Shown one piece after another: positions 1-12,922 of a stretch of DNA of 64,000 nt (positions are counted from its first letter, which is position 1; every line of letters begins with the position of its first letter). The notes under the pieces were generated by a model. The model was not told the origin of the DNA, did not search any database, and worked only from the letters and a program-made list of their open reading frames with translations. The position numbers were made by a program, and so were the translations under genes. The stretch lies in NCBI GenBank assembly GCA_037379345.1, contig CM074511.1, positions 6,200,001 to 6,264,000 on the forward strand. Direction: 5' to 3'. The stretch is from Perna viridis. Its lineage: Eukaryota.

Positions 1-109
1 GTGATTCAGGGTCCTTAGAGGCTCTTGTTTTGTTTTGTGTCAGGCAGTGTTAATCCTGTGTTACAGTAATCAGTAATATACTATTGTATGGGAAATTTAT
101 TATTAATAG

Positions 110-256
110 GTGATAGCAGATAGTGAAGAGGTGGATGATAAACCTGCCTTAATCTCTATACCATCAAGATCTCCTCTAAAACCTGCTATAAAGTCACCAG
201 AGAAGAGGAGGGAGAAATCCCCTTCACCTAAACGTGTTCAGTTTGCAGTTAAGAAG
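110..256 (+). CDS. MDC1: MDC1 exon (VIADSEEVDDKP...SPSPKRVQFAVKK), SP-rich
   Basis: AG at 108-109, GTGAG at 257; 147 nt, phase 0/0, open. Confidence 0.8.
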
Positions 257-1021
257 GTGAGCTGTACTTTTATATATTATGTAGAGTGAAGATCAATATC
301 TATCTCTTAGTTAAGGTGAAATAGTGTCATTTAAGCTAGAATTTCATTCATGTAAACATAATCATAGCCCACTTCAAATAAAGAGGGTATCCGGTATTCA
401 ATTTGAACAGGCATTTTAAAACGAAAGATGGGATAAACCAGGTTTTATAGCGAACTAAACCTCCTTCTGCCATAACAGTTAATTATTTCCGGTATATTTT
501 AACACAAATGGGCAGCATAAAATTGCCACCATTGAAAATCAGTAAAATCAGTAGTCAAAACAGAACAGAAGATATGAACAATAAAAAAGTTAAAAAACAA
601 AAAAAAACAAAACAAAACAAAATACAATAAAATTGATGTAATTCCAAGCCACAAGTTTTGAAATAAGTCTTGAACTTAGTAGGGAAAGTTTAAATTGAAG
701 AATCAAAATTTAAGGTCATCTAAAAAGTCCCTAGATTTTTTTTGGATCCACATATAATTCATGCGAGTAAACAGTTTCACAGTATTTTTGTCTTTCTTTC
801 ATTGTGAACAAAATCTTGGTGAGTCGTACAGACAGTTCTTTTGTTGAACAAGTAGATGATCTTTATGTTTAGAACAGAAGTGTATAGAATAATGCTGAGC
901 ATATGTGCATTAAGTGTGAATACAGCACTAAAATGAAGGTTAAGAAATTATTTGCCATGAAATAGTAAATTTAAAAGCCAGATTTTTTTGAGCAACTTTA
1001 TGGATATGTCTTCTATTACAG

Positions 1022-3061
1022 ACTCCTTCATCTTCCACCACTGGTAGTGAAGGTAGTGACATAACTGAATCGAAAAGTCCAACTACTGACAAAATAAAGG
1101 AGGCACTCGTCAAAAAGGTCAACAGCAGAAGAAAAGAGGAAGCCAAAGAAGATGAAGCTGATAAGCAACAGCGAGCAATACCTCGGGGTAGGCTGCGAAA
1201 AAAAGTCGAAGTACCTGCTAAGGATGTGAGTGGGGACACTGATAAACCAATTAAAGGTAGGGGTAGGAAGATAGCTACTATAAAATCTGGAAAAGAACAA
1301 GAGCATGACAAAGAGGATAAAGATGTCGTAAAAGTGGATCCTGAAACTAGTGTTACACAAGATAGGCAATTAACAGTTTCAGAAAAAGTAGAAAAAAAGT
1401 CAACCAGAGGTTCTTGTTCTGGTGAAGAAAAGATGGAAGACATTGATACTATCAAAGTTACAAAAGGTAGAAAATCACATGTCACTGATACAATTAAATC
1501 AGATCAACTCCCAACTAGGGGTAGGAGAGCTGTATCTACAGGAAAAGAACAATCTCTGGCTACTAGGCAAACATTAGATCAGGCTAATGAGTCTGTTAAT
1601 TTGATAAATACTGATGATATAGAAACTGTTAAAGAGGAAGAAAAACCTTCTCGTAAAGGAAGGTCAAGAGCATCAACTTTAGCCAAACCAGGGACTTCTG
1701 CTAGCAGCATTAAAGAGAGCCCGCAAGAAAGTGACATCGGTGGAGATGCAGAATCCAATATTAAGACTAGCGAAAATAAAACTTCTATTAGTTTAACTAA
1801 AACTGAAGGGAAAGTGACAATATCCTTTGACAATCGTAGATCAGAATCTGCTGATATTAAAAAGACTGTTGGAAGGAGGGATAGAGGTGCTAACATGACT
1901 GCTGAGGAGGACACTAAAGTAGAGTTAAAAACTAACAGTGATACAAAAACTGTAACAAGGCAAACTAGAAGGGGCAGAAGCTCTGATCAGAGTAATTCTG
2001 AAAGTAATGTTGAAGATCAAAATGAAGGTGAAAGTAAAACTGAACCCAAGCAGGGTGGAAGAAGGCAGTCATCTGGTATACCTAGTAGAGAATCTGGTGA
2101 ATCAGAAAAAGATTTCAAAAATGCAAAAACTGTTGGCAGAAAGGGTAAGCATATTGTGAAAGATGAAACAGAAAATAAAAGTAATAAGGCAGGAACAAGA
2201 AGGAGAGGAAGAAGTTCAGGTTTAGTTAAACAAGATAACAAAGATGATGAATCTGAAAGATTTAAACCAACTGGGAGGCGTGGACTATCAGCTGTTGTTG
2301 ATGACAGTTCCACAGTTGATGACAATAAGTCTGTGAGAAGACAAGGACGACTTTCTAAAGTAGGACAAAATAAAACTGAAGAATCTGATAGTGAAAATAG
2401 TCAGGATAGTGATGCAGGCAGTGTTAGGGGTAAAGGTAAAGGTCAAAGGTCATCTCCTCAGCCTCCGAATAGAATAGAATCTAATCCAGGCACAAGTCGT
2501 CGTGGTAGGATGTCTGTACAACCCATTTGTGACAATAAAGCCAATGAGGTCATGCCACCTCCTAAGGCTGTGGGAAAACGTGGTCAAAAACTTGCAGATA
2601 CTCAGTCAGATAAATCTACCTCTGATTCTCAGAGAATTTCTAGGCAATCTAAACAACTTCAACTTACAAACAGTGTAAAGAAGGAAGAAAAAAGTTTCAA
2701 TTTGGATGATTCTGGTCAACGAGGAAGATCTAGCTCAAGAACTAAAGACTATATAGAAACGATTAATAATGGTGACAGTAAACCTCGGAAAAGAAAACGT
2801 GATTCATCAGAAGGTTCTTCAGATAAACTTAGTAATCAGTCATCTACATCGAAACGGGCAAAAAATGAAAAAACAGACAATATGCCTGATTCAAGTGTTA
2901 ACAAGAAAGCACGAAGTAGAGCTAGTATTGTGGAAGAGATTTATGATTCAGAAGATAAGGACAAATATAATAATAAAAGTAGAACAAAGAAGGAAAATAA
3001 TAATGAGGATTCTGCAGCAGCAAAAACTGGTTCAAGGAAGAGAGGCAGGGCAAGTGATGAG
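1022..3061 (+). CDS. MDC1: MDC1 large disordered Ser/Lys/Arg-rich exon (680 codons)
   Basis: ttacAG at 1020-1021, GTAATA at 3062; 2040 nt open, in frame with ORF 1226..3073. Confidence 0.9.
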
Positions 3062-3294
3062 GTAATATTCTGATAGATATTGTAGCTTCCTATAAAATGA
3101 AGAGAAAAAAATCTTGGTGAAATTACTACATGGTATTTTGTTGTTTACTAGTACTACACTGAAGAATTATATAATAGTCACCAGGTAACAACTATATAAT
3201 AGTCTATTGTTAATCAGATAAACAGTTTACCATCAATTTTTTTTTGTCTTTAAATCCCTGAACTATAGAACTTTTGACAAACCTCAAAAATAGA

Positions 3295-3487
3295 TATTGT
3301 GACGGTACTATTGTTCTTGGGGTACCAGTTTTTGTGGTTTTCTTGGGTAGACCAAACCATGAAATTTTGTTTTCTATGGAATCCCATTGATGTGTATACT
3401 CAAAACCACAAATTCAAGAATCCATACTTGTGTTTCTTCTGTAATCCATGAAAATTGGTATCCATAAATTAAAGTACTTTCACAGTA
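3295..3487. mobile_element. Decayed Tc1/mariner-type MITE
   Basis: TAttgtg...cacagTA ends with inner inverted gtaccagtttttgtgg / ccatgaaaattggtat. Confidence 0.55.
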
Positions 3488-4793
3488 CATGAGAGTACAG
3501 TGATAGTGTCAAAAAACTTTTTTTTTCTTTTTTTTTGTGTCTGCCTTTCGAGAACATGTTTAAAGAAATCTATTGGTTTATCAACTTTGCACTTTAAAGC
3601 TGGCAAGTCAAGCAACAATAAGGATACTGTTCATAATCAAATTTCTGTGAATAGTAAGATTTTTCTTCGTACTGTCTATTAATGAAACTGATAAAAAAGA
3701 ACACTGTATATACCATATTTTGGTGTTTATAGTGTGCATTTATGTATTGTGCACAGTACAATTTTGAAGGTCTAAACTTGTAAAAAAAGAGGTTTTTAGA
3801 CTTAGGTTGCAGTAAAATTTTGTAAGACAAAAAAAATTGATATTTTGCACTTGATCGGTCAATTTATTTACCTTGATGCTGTATTTCCTATGAAAATATG
3901 AAGAAAAGAAACTTATATTCACACTAAAATATCATGTAAACATCAGTAGCTACAAAAATTGGATAATTTTAATTTCGAAGCATGATAAATTTGACACAGG
4001 ATGTATGAAACGGCTTATAAAAAGAAGTTGGAAAATCGGACATTTCCGGTTTTGGTTGTAACTCAAATTTAACAATTTTTCATTTAAAAACATACTTTTA
4101 AGAAAGAAAATTGTAAGAAACTATTAAAATAAGTATCAGAATAATCATTTTCAGCTGTAAAAGGATAAGGAGGATTTGACAAAAAAAGGACTTTACTTTT
4201 AGGTTTGTGGTTGTTTTATATATAAGAAGGAAATATTGTACAACCTTTGTTTGAAACATGTTATTAAGTCATTTGAACATGATTTGAAGGAAATATCACT
4301 AAAAATTTAATACTTAAAGATGTATTTGATGATTACCAGTAGATAAAATTTCTTTCAGTAAAATTTCACTTCCGGTTTGTTTGTTTACATTACGCAATGT
4401 CTTTTCATGTACCAAAATCTTTTAATTTCGTGGCCAATTCTTATGTATTAATGTATAATACACACCCTCATGTTTTGGAAATAATTTCTATGTAAAAATA
4501 TGCACATAGTACACACCAAAATACTGTACCATATATTGCATTCTAATATATAATTAAAATGTCAGATAGTGGTTTTAGAAATAACAAAAATCTTGATTGT
4601 TACTTTTATTGTCACATTATCTGCTGATTGCTTGAAAAACAGACACATTCTCATAACTGTTCATTTTTGGGACAGTTCATGTGAGAGGTTTCTTTTATCG
4701 CCACTGTCTTCTGTGGAAGAGATTTTGTATAAAAGCATATTTTTTATGTAAAAATTAAATTATATATTTTTTTTTTCACAGAAAATAAAATAA

Positions 4794-5193
4794 TTATACC
4801 CCACACAACAAAGTTGCGGGGGAATGTTTTTGACCCGTTCTTCCGTCAGTTCATCATCAGTTTTCCAGACTTTTTTTTTAAACGCTTGCAGATTATGACA
4901 TGATTTTTGGTATATAAGTTCACCATGATAAGTTACAGGTCAAGTGTATGTTTTCTTCCGCTACAATGATGTTTACTTTGAATTAACTAAAACTCAAAGA
5001 AATCACAGTCTAGAGTTTGAAACTACCGTTCTGAGCAACTGAATTTAGTTAATAAAGGTTTAAAGCCTAAAAAACACTCATATTCCTTTTTTTATTGGGG
5101 TCCTTCTACATGTATTTCTCTTAGAAACAAATTTACTAGAGTATCCAACATTTGGACGCGTGGGGTATGTGAGCGCGCTCATTAAGATTCTTT
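4794..5193 (+). mobile_element. Helentron/DINE-1-like non-autonomous element
   Basis: 5' ttataccccacacaac..gttgcggggg hairpin; 3' subterminal gcgtggggtat followed by the gagcgcgctc palindrome. Confidence 0.55.
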
Positions 5194-5386
5194 AATTTTA
5201 ACCAAAATTCTCCCACAAATCGTACATTTTTATGAGGGAGATTAAAAATTTGTCATTGATTTTGTGGGATTCTCCCCATTGATTGGTAGGGTTTAGGTGT
5301 GGGATTCTCCCCATTGATTGGTAGGTTTAGGTGTGACATTCTGTCTTGCTGTATTTGTAAAGATAATTGATTTTGCTAATCCTTAG

Positions 5387-5548
5387 GAAAGTAAAGAAAG
5401 CCCAATTAAGAAAGTCAAGGAAGATGTTTCTACACCAAAGAGAACTAGTATTGTAGGAGTCAGCTCTCCATCATTAAGGAGGAAATCATTAGACCCGGCC
5501 AAACCAAAGGTCATCTTTACAGGGGTCATTGATGAGCATAGCCAGAAG
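5387..5548 (+). CDS. MDC1: MDC1 exon, start of BRCT1 (...AKPKVIFTGVIDEHSQK)
   Basis: AG/GT bounded, 162 nt, phase 0/0; contains the phosphate-binding FTG. Confidence 0.92.
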
Positions 5549-6372
5549 GTATTCTTGTAATATTCTTCAGATATTTTTACTGAGTTTATTCTATTTTGCT
5601 TTTAATCTTTCAGACATTATTACCTTGTACCTTCTGAATAATAGAGAATTGCATTATTTTTTTAATTCATTTGCCTCTGTAAGAAGTACTTTAAACAAAT
5701 AGCAATACATGTACACTAATGTTAAAGGTTAAAATGATTTATGCATGAACTTCACATTTATAAACCAGTTAAAAGGAAATCAATTGAAATCTTTTTTTTT
5801 TTTTTTTAAATCAGTCTTATTGTCAGTCCTAAAGTTTTTGATACAATGAAGCAGTGGAGTAGTTTTAATTATGAAACAAAACTAATATTACCTGCTTTCC
5901 CATTATTTTTTCTTGAAGAGGCTTTTTAAAAGAAATTTTTTATAAGTGCTCTTATGATAGTCTTAACATTAAATACTACTTGCGAGTTCAACTATAATGT
6001 TCCACTAAATCAGTGATTTATGGAATAAGGTGCTGAATGTTGTATGATCATTTTTATTGTCCAGGTTTTGACACACATTAAGAAAAAGATGATAAAACTC
6101 AAAAAATATATTTCATTTAATAAACAAAATAAACAGTCTCATTGAGGTAATTTGCTGGAATAAAATGTTATGAATGCACTGTACTTAGATCTCTGCTGAT
6201 AACCTTGGTTTAATTGTAACAAGGTCAGCATTCATGTCTGTCACTGATTTATCTATATCTTTTTTTTATAGAATTGGTCAAAATTTGACAATTCAAGTAA
6301 TACTCCACATCCACTCATACTGTAGGTAAAAAATACAGTAACTATTCTAACTTATGCATTATATATCTCTAG

Positions 6373-6441
6373 GTAATTAAAGAGCTTGGAGGTGAAATAG
6401 CCAGTTCTGTAACAGAGTGTACACATCTTGTTACTGATAAG
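6373..6441 (+). CDS. MDC1: MDC1 BRCT1 exon (VIKELGGEIASSVTECTHLVTDK)
   Basis: AG/GTAAG, 69 nt; LGG and THLV BRCT motifs. Confidence 0.93.
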
Positions 6442-6484
6442 GTAAGAATTATTATATCAATGGTGAAATTGGAGTACCTTCATA

Positions 6485-6925
6485 TTTTTATATGACCACT
6501 GAAAATTTGCTGTCATATTATGGTATCATAGTCATCATCATTATCATCCATAGGTATTTCATATCCAAAGAATAACTTTATTAGTGTATAGATCTGTTTT
6601 AAATTGAACTGCAAGATGCCAAACCACTAGAGGAACGCTGGGATTAATTCTTAGAGTTGTAACATGAACCATTCAGAATAAACGGGCCAGGAACAAGCAT
6701 TTTACTGATGTCTGGACAATTACTTGAGTAATAACAATTGGTTAAACTGGAATGATTTTGAAGGTTGTGACTTAGGAATTAGGAGCCCAAAAGGGGCCAG
6801 TGCAATGCTGAGCAAGTTCTGTTCTTTGCCTAATTAAAAATCAGAGCTGTATCAAGCTTGAATGGTGTGTATCATCTGTCATGGTTGACCTCTAGTTGTA
6901 TCAAGCTGCATACTGAGTTTCATTA
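6485..6925 (+). mobile_element. Decayed Helentron-like repeat
   Basis: T-run start tttttatatgacc, tcatca microsatellite, end gttgtatcaagctgc; recognised from layout only. Confidence 0.35.
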
Positions 6926-7124
6926 CAAATAGTAAAATACGTATATTTATTTTTTTCAATAACTGAATCATTGATTTGCTAGTAAGATAATTGTTATTGC
7001 TGTCCAGTTTGTAAATAAAATGAATTTAAAATGATCATTAACATTCCTTTTGATTGGAGGTAATTTCTAAGATGTGTATTGTTTCTATGCAGTGGCAATA
7101 CGAGTTTCTATTCCTGAATTTCAG

Positions 7125-7224
7125 ATAAGGAGAACAGTCAAGTTTTTATGTTGTCTTGCGAGAGGTATACCAATTGTGACCTTACAGTGGATAGAAAGCT
7201 GTAAACAGTCAGCCATGTTTGTAG
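7125..7224 (+). CDS. MDC1: MDC1 BRCT1 exon (IRRTVKFLCCLARGIPIVTLQWIESCKQSAMFV)
   Basis: AG/GT, 100 nt, phase 0/1; RRTVKF is the gamma-H2AX-binding signature. Confidence 0.95.
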
Positions 7225-7453
7225 GTAGGTCTTAGTTGATATTTATTTGTTTAGCACATTAGATATACGGAGATATCAGCTGGTGCTAATCAACACTAGT
7301 TATCACTAGAAGCTTTTTCAAAATGCTTTGTAAAAGTCATTTCAGTAAATTAATTATAAAAATGGATAGCATGTAGGAAAGTAAACAGAATTGCAACCTG
7401 TCAGAGTTAATTTTTGTTTTAATAACACATTTTAATGGTATGTTTATTTATAG

Positions 7454-7609
7454 ACTGTAATAAGTTTCCAGTTAAGGATTCTGTGACAGAAAAGCAGTAT
7501 AAATTTTCTTTATTGAGATCATTAGAGAAAGCCAAGGAATCGAGTTTATTACAAGGCTACAAGATACATGTGACCAAGTCGGTCAAACCAGAACCTAGTC
7601 AGATGGCAG
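7454..7609 (+). CDS. MDC1: MDC1 BRCT linker/BRCT2 exon (DCNKFPVKD...KPEPSQMA)
   Basis: AG/GT, 156 nt, phase 1/1; overlaps ORF 7435..7629. Confidence 0.92.
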
Positions 7610-8153
7610 GTATAACAATAGTATTATAGTCAGGGTTGTGTCAAGTTATGATGTATGTATATGTCAACAGGCAAGCTATTCTGACTCTGTGGAGCCATTA
7701 TATAGTAGTCATTTATTAACCAACTTACTACAATATGTATAGAAATGTCCATCCTTTATGAACCGAAAATTTCGATAACTGGTCATTACGAAACCGGAAA
7801 TTCCTTTAGCCGGTTAGGAAATCACAGCCATGCATTATGAATTTCAAAACAGGGCATCAATACTGGGCCATTATGAACTAAATCAAAATGGCTTACACTT
7901 TTTAAAATAAGTGACAACTTTAATTAAGAGTGACCTAATAATTCAATTATAGATGAGGATATTTAAAGTTGCTGAAAGATGGTACTGGGACTAAATATAT
8001 TGAATTATTATGTATGTTTAATCTTGAGCTTTAAAGTTACAATTGGGGGAGGGGGGTGATTATTGGAAAAGGCAGCAAAAATGAAATATCGAAGCAGGAG
8101 CACATACTTTTCTATACAGAAATGCTGAAGAAAAAAGGCGACTTTCATGTTTA

Positions 8154-8309
8154 AGTATCAATGCATGGCCTTTTCCATATTAGCCATGTAACATGCCCTT
8201 GGTATTAATAATGGCCTTCGGCATTGCCTCGGTCCATTACAGTCATCCTTGGCCATTATTTATACCTCGGCATGTTACAGGGCCATGGAAAAGGCCATAC
8301 ATTAATACT
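8154..8309. mobile_element. Palindromic MITE (about 155 bp)
   Basis: agtatcaatgcatggccttttccat..gtaacatgcc / ggcatgttac..atggaaaaggccatacattaatact long inverted arms. Confidence 0.75.
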
Positions 8310-8968
8310 ATATTATCATTGCAGAAAATTTTGTTTAGTAGAATAGAATGGTAAGATGTCGGACATCATTAAAATAAATATTTTTACCCAATGCAAAGAA
8401 GTTACAGAGGGTATAGCATTTTTGATTAGTTTGTTACAGCTTAAATTTTTGTTCAGTTTCTGACTAACTTAGAGGAAGTGATGGAAGCAGTAAAAGCTGA
8501 GGATTGATTTTCATAGAAATCCTTTGAGAAAGGCCAGTTGTTTTTTTTGGATATGCTACAACCTGGGTTAAAGTTTCTTTGTTGTTTTATGACTGATTCA
8601 AATACGGGACTCTCATTGACCAAACAGTACTTACCTAAAACATCAAAAATGTCTAGCTGCCGAGTACCATTAGGGAAGGTGATTGATATTTTAGAACATC
8701 ACAAAATTTAATATTTCAGCAAGATTTTTTTTCAGGAAAATTTCCACAAACATGAAATATTTGACCTTCTAAATATAACATCACCCAGAGAAAAAAAAAT
8801 TCCACTCATAAAGTAATCCAAAAATTAGATTTAAGCTATATTGCATGTATAGAATCTTCATCCTTCAAATTTATTTGAAGGGTTGTTATCCATAGAGTTT
8901 GATTAGAATTGATCACTTTCTGGTGATGAGTGTGGTGTGTGAAATTGCTCACTAAAATTCTGTCATTA

Positions 8969-9898
8969 CCATATTTTCCGGACTATAAGTCGAATTGCCT
9001 AAACTTTACCAAAATCGACAAAAAAAAACATAGATAAGTCGAGGGTCAGACGTGTGCATTTATATTGTACGTGTCAGCAGAGATCCGAGTTGAGCGGTTT
9101 GTTTTCAGCAGCATATTATTCCAGCGATGTTACTAAGTATAAGATTTCGGAATTAAATGTGTTTTTGTTAAAGTGTACTTTGTCCGCGAGTTCATTTATT
9201 TTAATTGAATGGCGTGTCAATTGCCATGACGCCATAGATCATCAGGAATACGAAATCGTAAACATGTCAAACATGGGCAGCCATGTGTGAAAAAAGCAGG
9301 AAATTCGTTTGATGAATTGGTCATAATAAAGAGCGGTAATTAGTAAACAATATAACCTGGTACTAAGAAATACAATTAAAAGTAATTGTTACCTGCAAAT
9401 TTGGTTGCAATTAGCAATTTAGATAACACCTTAATTGAATTATAATTTGAGCCATGTGCGAATGTGTTACGACATACTGTAAATGGGTATAAATTTGCAA
9501 ATTAAAGGACCAATAACTCCAAAACACTCGATAATGTTTTTCGAGCTAAAAAACAGTTTTGTTAACATGTCTTCTAGAGTTTATTTATATATTTTTACGG
9601 TTTCAAAGTCCCAGACTTTCTATTAATGTAATCATATTCATTTATAAAGGATAGTGGCAATGATCAATATTGTACAAATTCAGGCGCAGGTTTCACTGTT
9701 TGAGTGATGGCTTTTGTTGATTGCAGTTTACCAAAAATTTTGAATTAAAGCAATCAAAAGTGAACTAAACGAATCTAAATGAAAAGCATTGTCGATGAAC
9801 ATTTTTCTTTAAAAATCCTTAGATAAGTCGAAGTGGACAACAAGTCAAGGCTGACACTTTGCTGAAAAAAATATCGACTTATTGTCTGGAAAATACGG
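8969..9898. mobile_element. Non-autonomous Tc1/mariner (pogo-like) DNA transposon
   Basis: TA TSDs at 8967-8968 and 9899-9900; TIRs ccatattttccggactataagtcga / tcgacttattgtctggaaaatacgg. Confidence 0.85.
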
Positions 9899-10014
9899 TA
9901 CTTGTGTCAAAATGCCTTCAAAACATATCTCTTCATTTATCTGTGTCAAAGTTTACACAACAGAACTAAATTTGAATTAAAGTGAGTTAATGCAGTTCTC
10001 TCATATATTTTCAG

Positions 10015-10040
10015 AGATAATAAGTTGTGCAGGTGGTGAG
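10015..10040 (+). CDS. MDC1: MDC1 26-nt micro-exon (EIISCAGGE)
   Basis: tttcAG / GTAGGT; phase 1/0 bridges its neighbours exactly; matches the MDC1 EIISCCGG motif. Confidence 0.9.
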
Positions 10041-11434
10041 GTAGGTAAATAAATTATTTAGTGCTCCTTGATTGAACTTAGTAGAAGCTAACAACTCAAA
10101 TATAAGTTAAAGATATAGATGTTTAACCATGATTTTGGAAAAAGTTTTGGTATCAGTTACAGTAAAAACTCATGACATAATTAGATCGGTAAAAGGGTAG
10201 AGTCTATGTGACAGTCAAATATCACAAAAATATCAAAACTACATTGAACCCCCAAAAAATTTTGTATTGATCGATTGATTGTTGTTTTTTAATGCTGTTT
10301 CGGCGACTAGGGTCATATCACCGCAATAGCAAATTTTTTGTACAGGTGCTACAAAATTATAGTATTTGATTACATGTACATGCTAATATTTTGATTAGTC
10401 TAGTCAACTCAGGTGCATAAAGATGGTTGTCTTATGCAAAATATTCCGATTTGTTAATTTCTTACCATAATTTGAATGAAGTAAAAGGGTATTCATGCAA
10501 GTTTCAAAAAGATATTTTATTCATAAGATGCTTATGACAGCATCTTTTTTTTTTTTTATAGTAAAATTTTAATTCAAATTAGAGATAGTTGAAACAATCA
10601 TTTTATGGACTAAAATTTTGCATATAAGGAGTAATTGACAACTTTAACATTCACCATTTATGTTTAATCTGATTGAAACAGTTTTATACTAGACAAAGAA
10701 AGGATATCGGGTTTGGAGGCTGCAAGAATAGTATTAGTAATGTGGGAATACGTTTCCAAATATGAAATATCTGAAATTCTTCTATGGTATATGTATCATT
10801 TAAAAATTCTTTGTAGTAATGGAATAAAGTTGTTTTTCCCTTGGCTCCCAATGACACCCAATCTTATGCCTGTTGACCTTGATATAATTTCAGAATTTTT
10901 TCAGTATGGAAGTGAATGTGAAAGCTGTCTATTCACTAAATTATCTACTTCTTCATCCCTTTCAAAGTGCTATACAAATAGATTGACTTCCTTGACCTTA
11001 CATTATTGATGGGGTGCAGAGGTGTCACTAAGGAACATTTGCCCATAGATTTCTTGTTTTATTTTATTAGTCTGTGTTTGTAGAATGATATGAAATATTA
11101 TACCAATTTGTCTAAAGCTGTTAGTCGACATGTTTTATTTCAAACACCTATTTGATAATATGATCATGAACCAGTTTTAATCTCGGTAATATGACATTAA
11201 TGATTCTGATTAAAATCTTGTACCTGCTTACAGAAATTACAACAGTTTATATTCAGTTTTCTCTTATCTTTGAAGTTAAGTACTGGTACATGATTTGAAT
11301 GTAATTCAATATTGTGGTTGAAGATCTCTTGGAAAGCAGAACAAAAAAATAGAATGTAAAGATAACTAATTGAATTGAAACAGTTCAAAGAAAGTAGTAT
11401 AATTGAACCTCTCCTTATAGTCACATTTGATGAA

Positions 11435-12085
11435 CTTGTCCTTATAGTCACCTTTGAGGAACGGCCATTTTAAAACTTGTCCTTAAAGTCAACTTTGAGG
11501 AACGGCCATTTTAAAACCTGTCCCTATAGTCACCTTTGAGGAATGGCCATTTTAAAACTTGTCCTTAAAGTCACCTTTGTGGAACGGTTACTTTAAAACC
11601 TGTCCCTATAGTCACCTTTGAGGAATGGCCATTTTAAAACTTGTCCTTAAAGTCACCTTTGTGGAACGGTTACTTTAAAACTGTCCCTATAGTCACCTTT
11701 GAGGAATGGCCATTTTAAAACTTGTCCTTAAAGTCACCCTTGTGGAACGGTTACTTTAAAACCTGTCCCTATAGTCACCTTTGTGTAACGGCCATTTTAA
11801 AACTTGTCCTTAAAGTCACCCTTGTGGAACAGTTACTTTAAAACCTGTTCCTATAGTCACCTTTGTGGAACAGCCATTTTAAAACTTGTCCTTAAAGTCA
11901 CCTTTGAGGAACGGCCAATTTAAAACCTGTCTTATAGTCACCTTTGTGAAATGGTTACTTTCAAACCTGTCCCTATAGTCACCTTTGTGGATTGGCCATT
12001 TTAAAACTTGTCCTTAAAGTCACCTTTGAGGAACGGCCATTTTAAAACTTGTCCTTATAGTCACCTTTGATAAATGACCACTTTC
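11435..12085. repeat. About 41-bp minisatellite, about 16 copies, alternating A/B units
   Basis: Unit cttgtccttaaagtcacctttgaggaacggccattttaaaa; starts at 11435 and 11476. Confidence 0.95.
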
Positions 12086-12761
12086 AAACACACATAATTG
12101 ATTTCCCTACTTATTTTAACACCATTCAACAGTCACTTCTTGTTGGATGGGGACAGTGGTCACCCATTGATCTTGCTAATAAAATACACATGTACAGTTC
12201 AGGGAATTGTCAAAAGGTGTAAAACTCTCCTCACTGATAGGTAATAAATGATTAGATATAGTTCAGTTGTTTGAGTCGCTGCCAGGTTGGAAAATATTGA
12301 CTCTTGTCAAAAGGCAGGATAACATTACAATTGCTCTTTTGTTAAACAAAATACATGTCTATGAAAGAAAATGAAATTGACAAAATAGACACATGCATGC
12401 TTGAAGTCTACTGGCCTAGTTTTGTTATGGAAGCAGTTCTTGTCTTATTTCAATAAGAAGTAAATGGCCTTAATAAAGTCAATAGATTAATGAGAGAATA
12501 CATTATTATGGCTCATTTTAAAGTTCAGAAAGATTGTATCACAAATCACTGTTAAGAGTACATAAATAAACTAGAAAAGGTGGAATTGACCTGAAGAGTA
12601 CATAAGTAGACTATTCATGAAATGCTGTAGTATCTTATTTCCTACATTTATACCTTTCAATATTTGACAACCATACCAAGGAAAGTGGGAGTTGTCTGTG
12701 CATAAAATTTTATAATATCATAGTATTCAGGAATTGAAGTGCACATTATTTTCTTTTTCAG

Positions 12762-12922
12762 TATTTGACCACCATGCCAAGGAAAGGGGGAAATAATACT
12801 GTGATAATATCCTGTCCTGAGGATGATTCAGTCTGTAAGACAGCTATGAAAGCTGGTATACCAGTCGTTACTTCAGAATTTATCCTGACAGGGATACTCA
12901 AACAAGAAGTCAGCATTAATTC
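12762..12922 (+). CDS. MDC1: MDC1 BRCT2 exon (YLTTMPRK...EFILTGILKQEVSINS)
   Basis: tttttcAG acceptor; ends at the U12 donor ATATCCTTT; phase 0/2. Confidence 0.9.

Noticed and set aside
940-2325. Minus-strand ORFs 940..1485, 1028..1369, 1579..1914 and 2017..2325
   Set aside because: Antisense shadows of the purine-rich MDC1 exon.
1226-3073. 615-aa ORF as a standalone gene
   Set aside because: It is an internal exon (1022-3061) bounded by splice sites; the GTG start is an artefact of the ORF caller.
5263-5335. Short direct duplications (also about 16348-16400, 17845-17920, 50566-50630, 51204-51230)
   Set aside because: Ordinary local tandem duplications with no functional signal.
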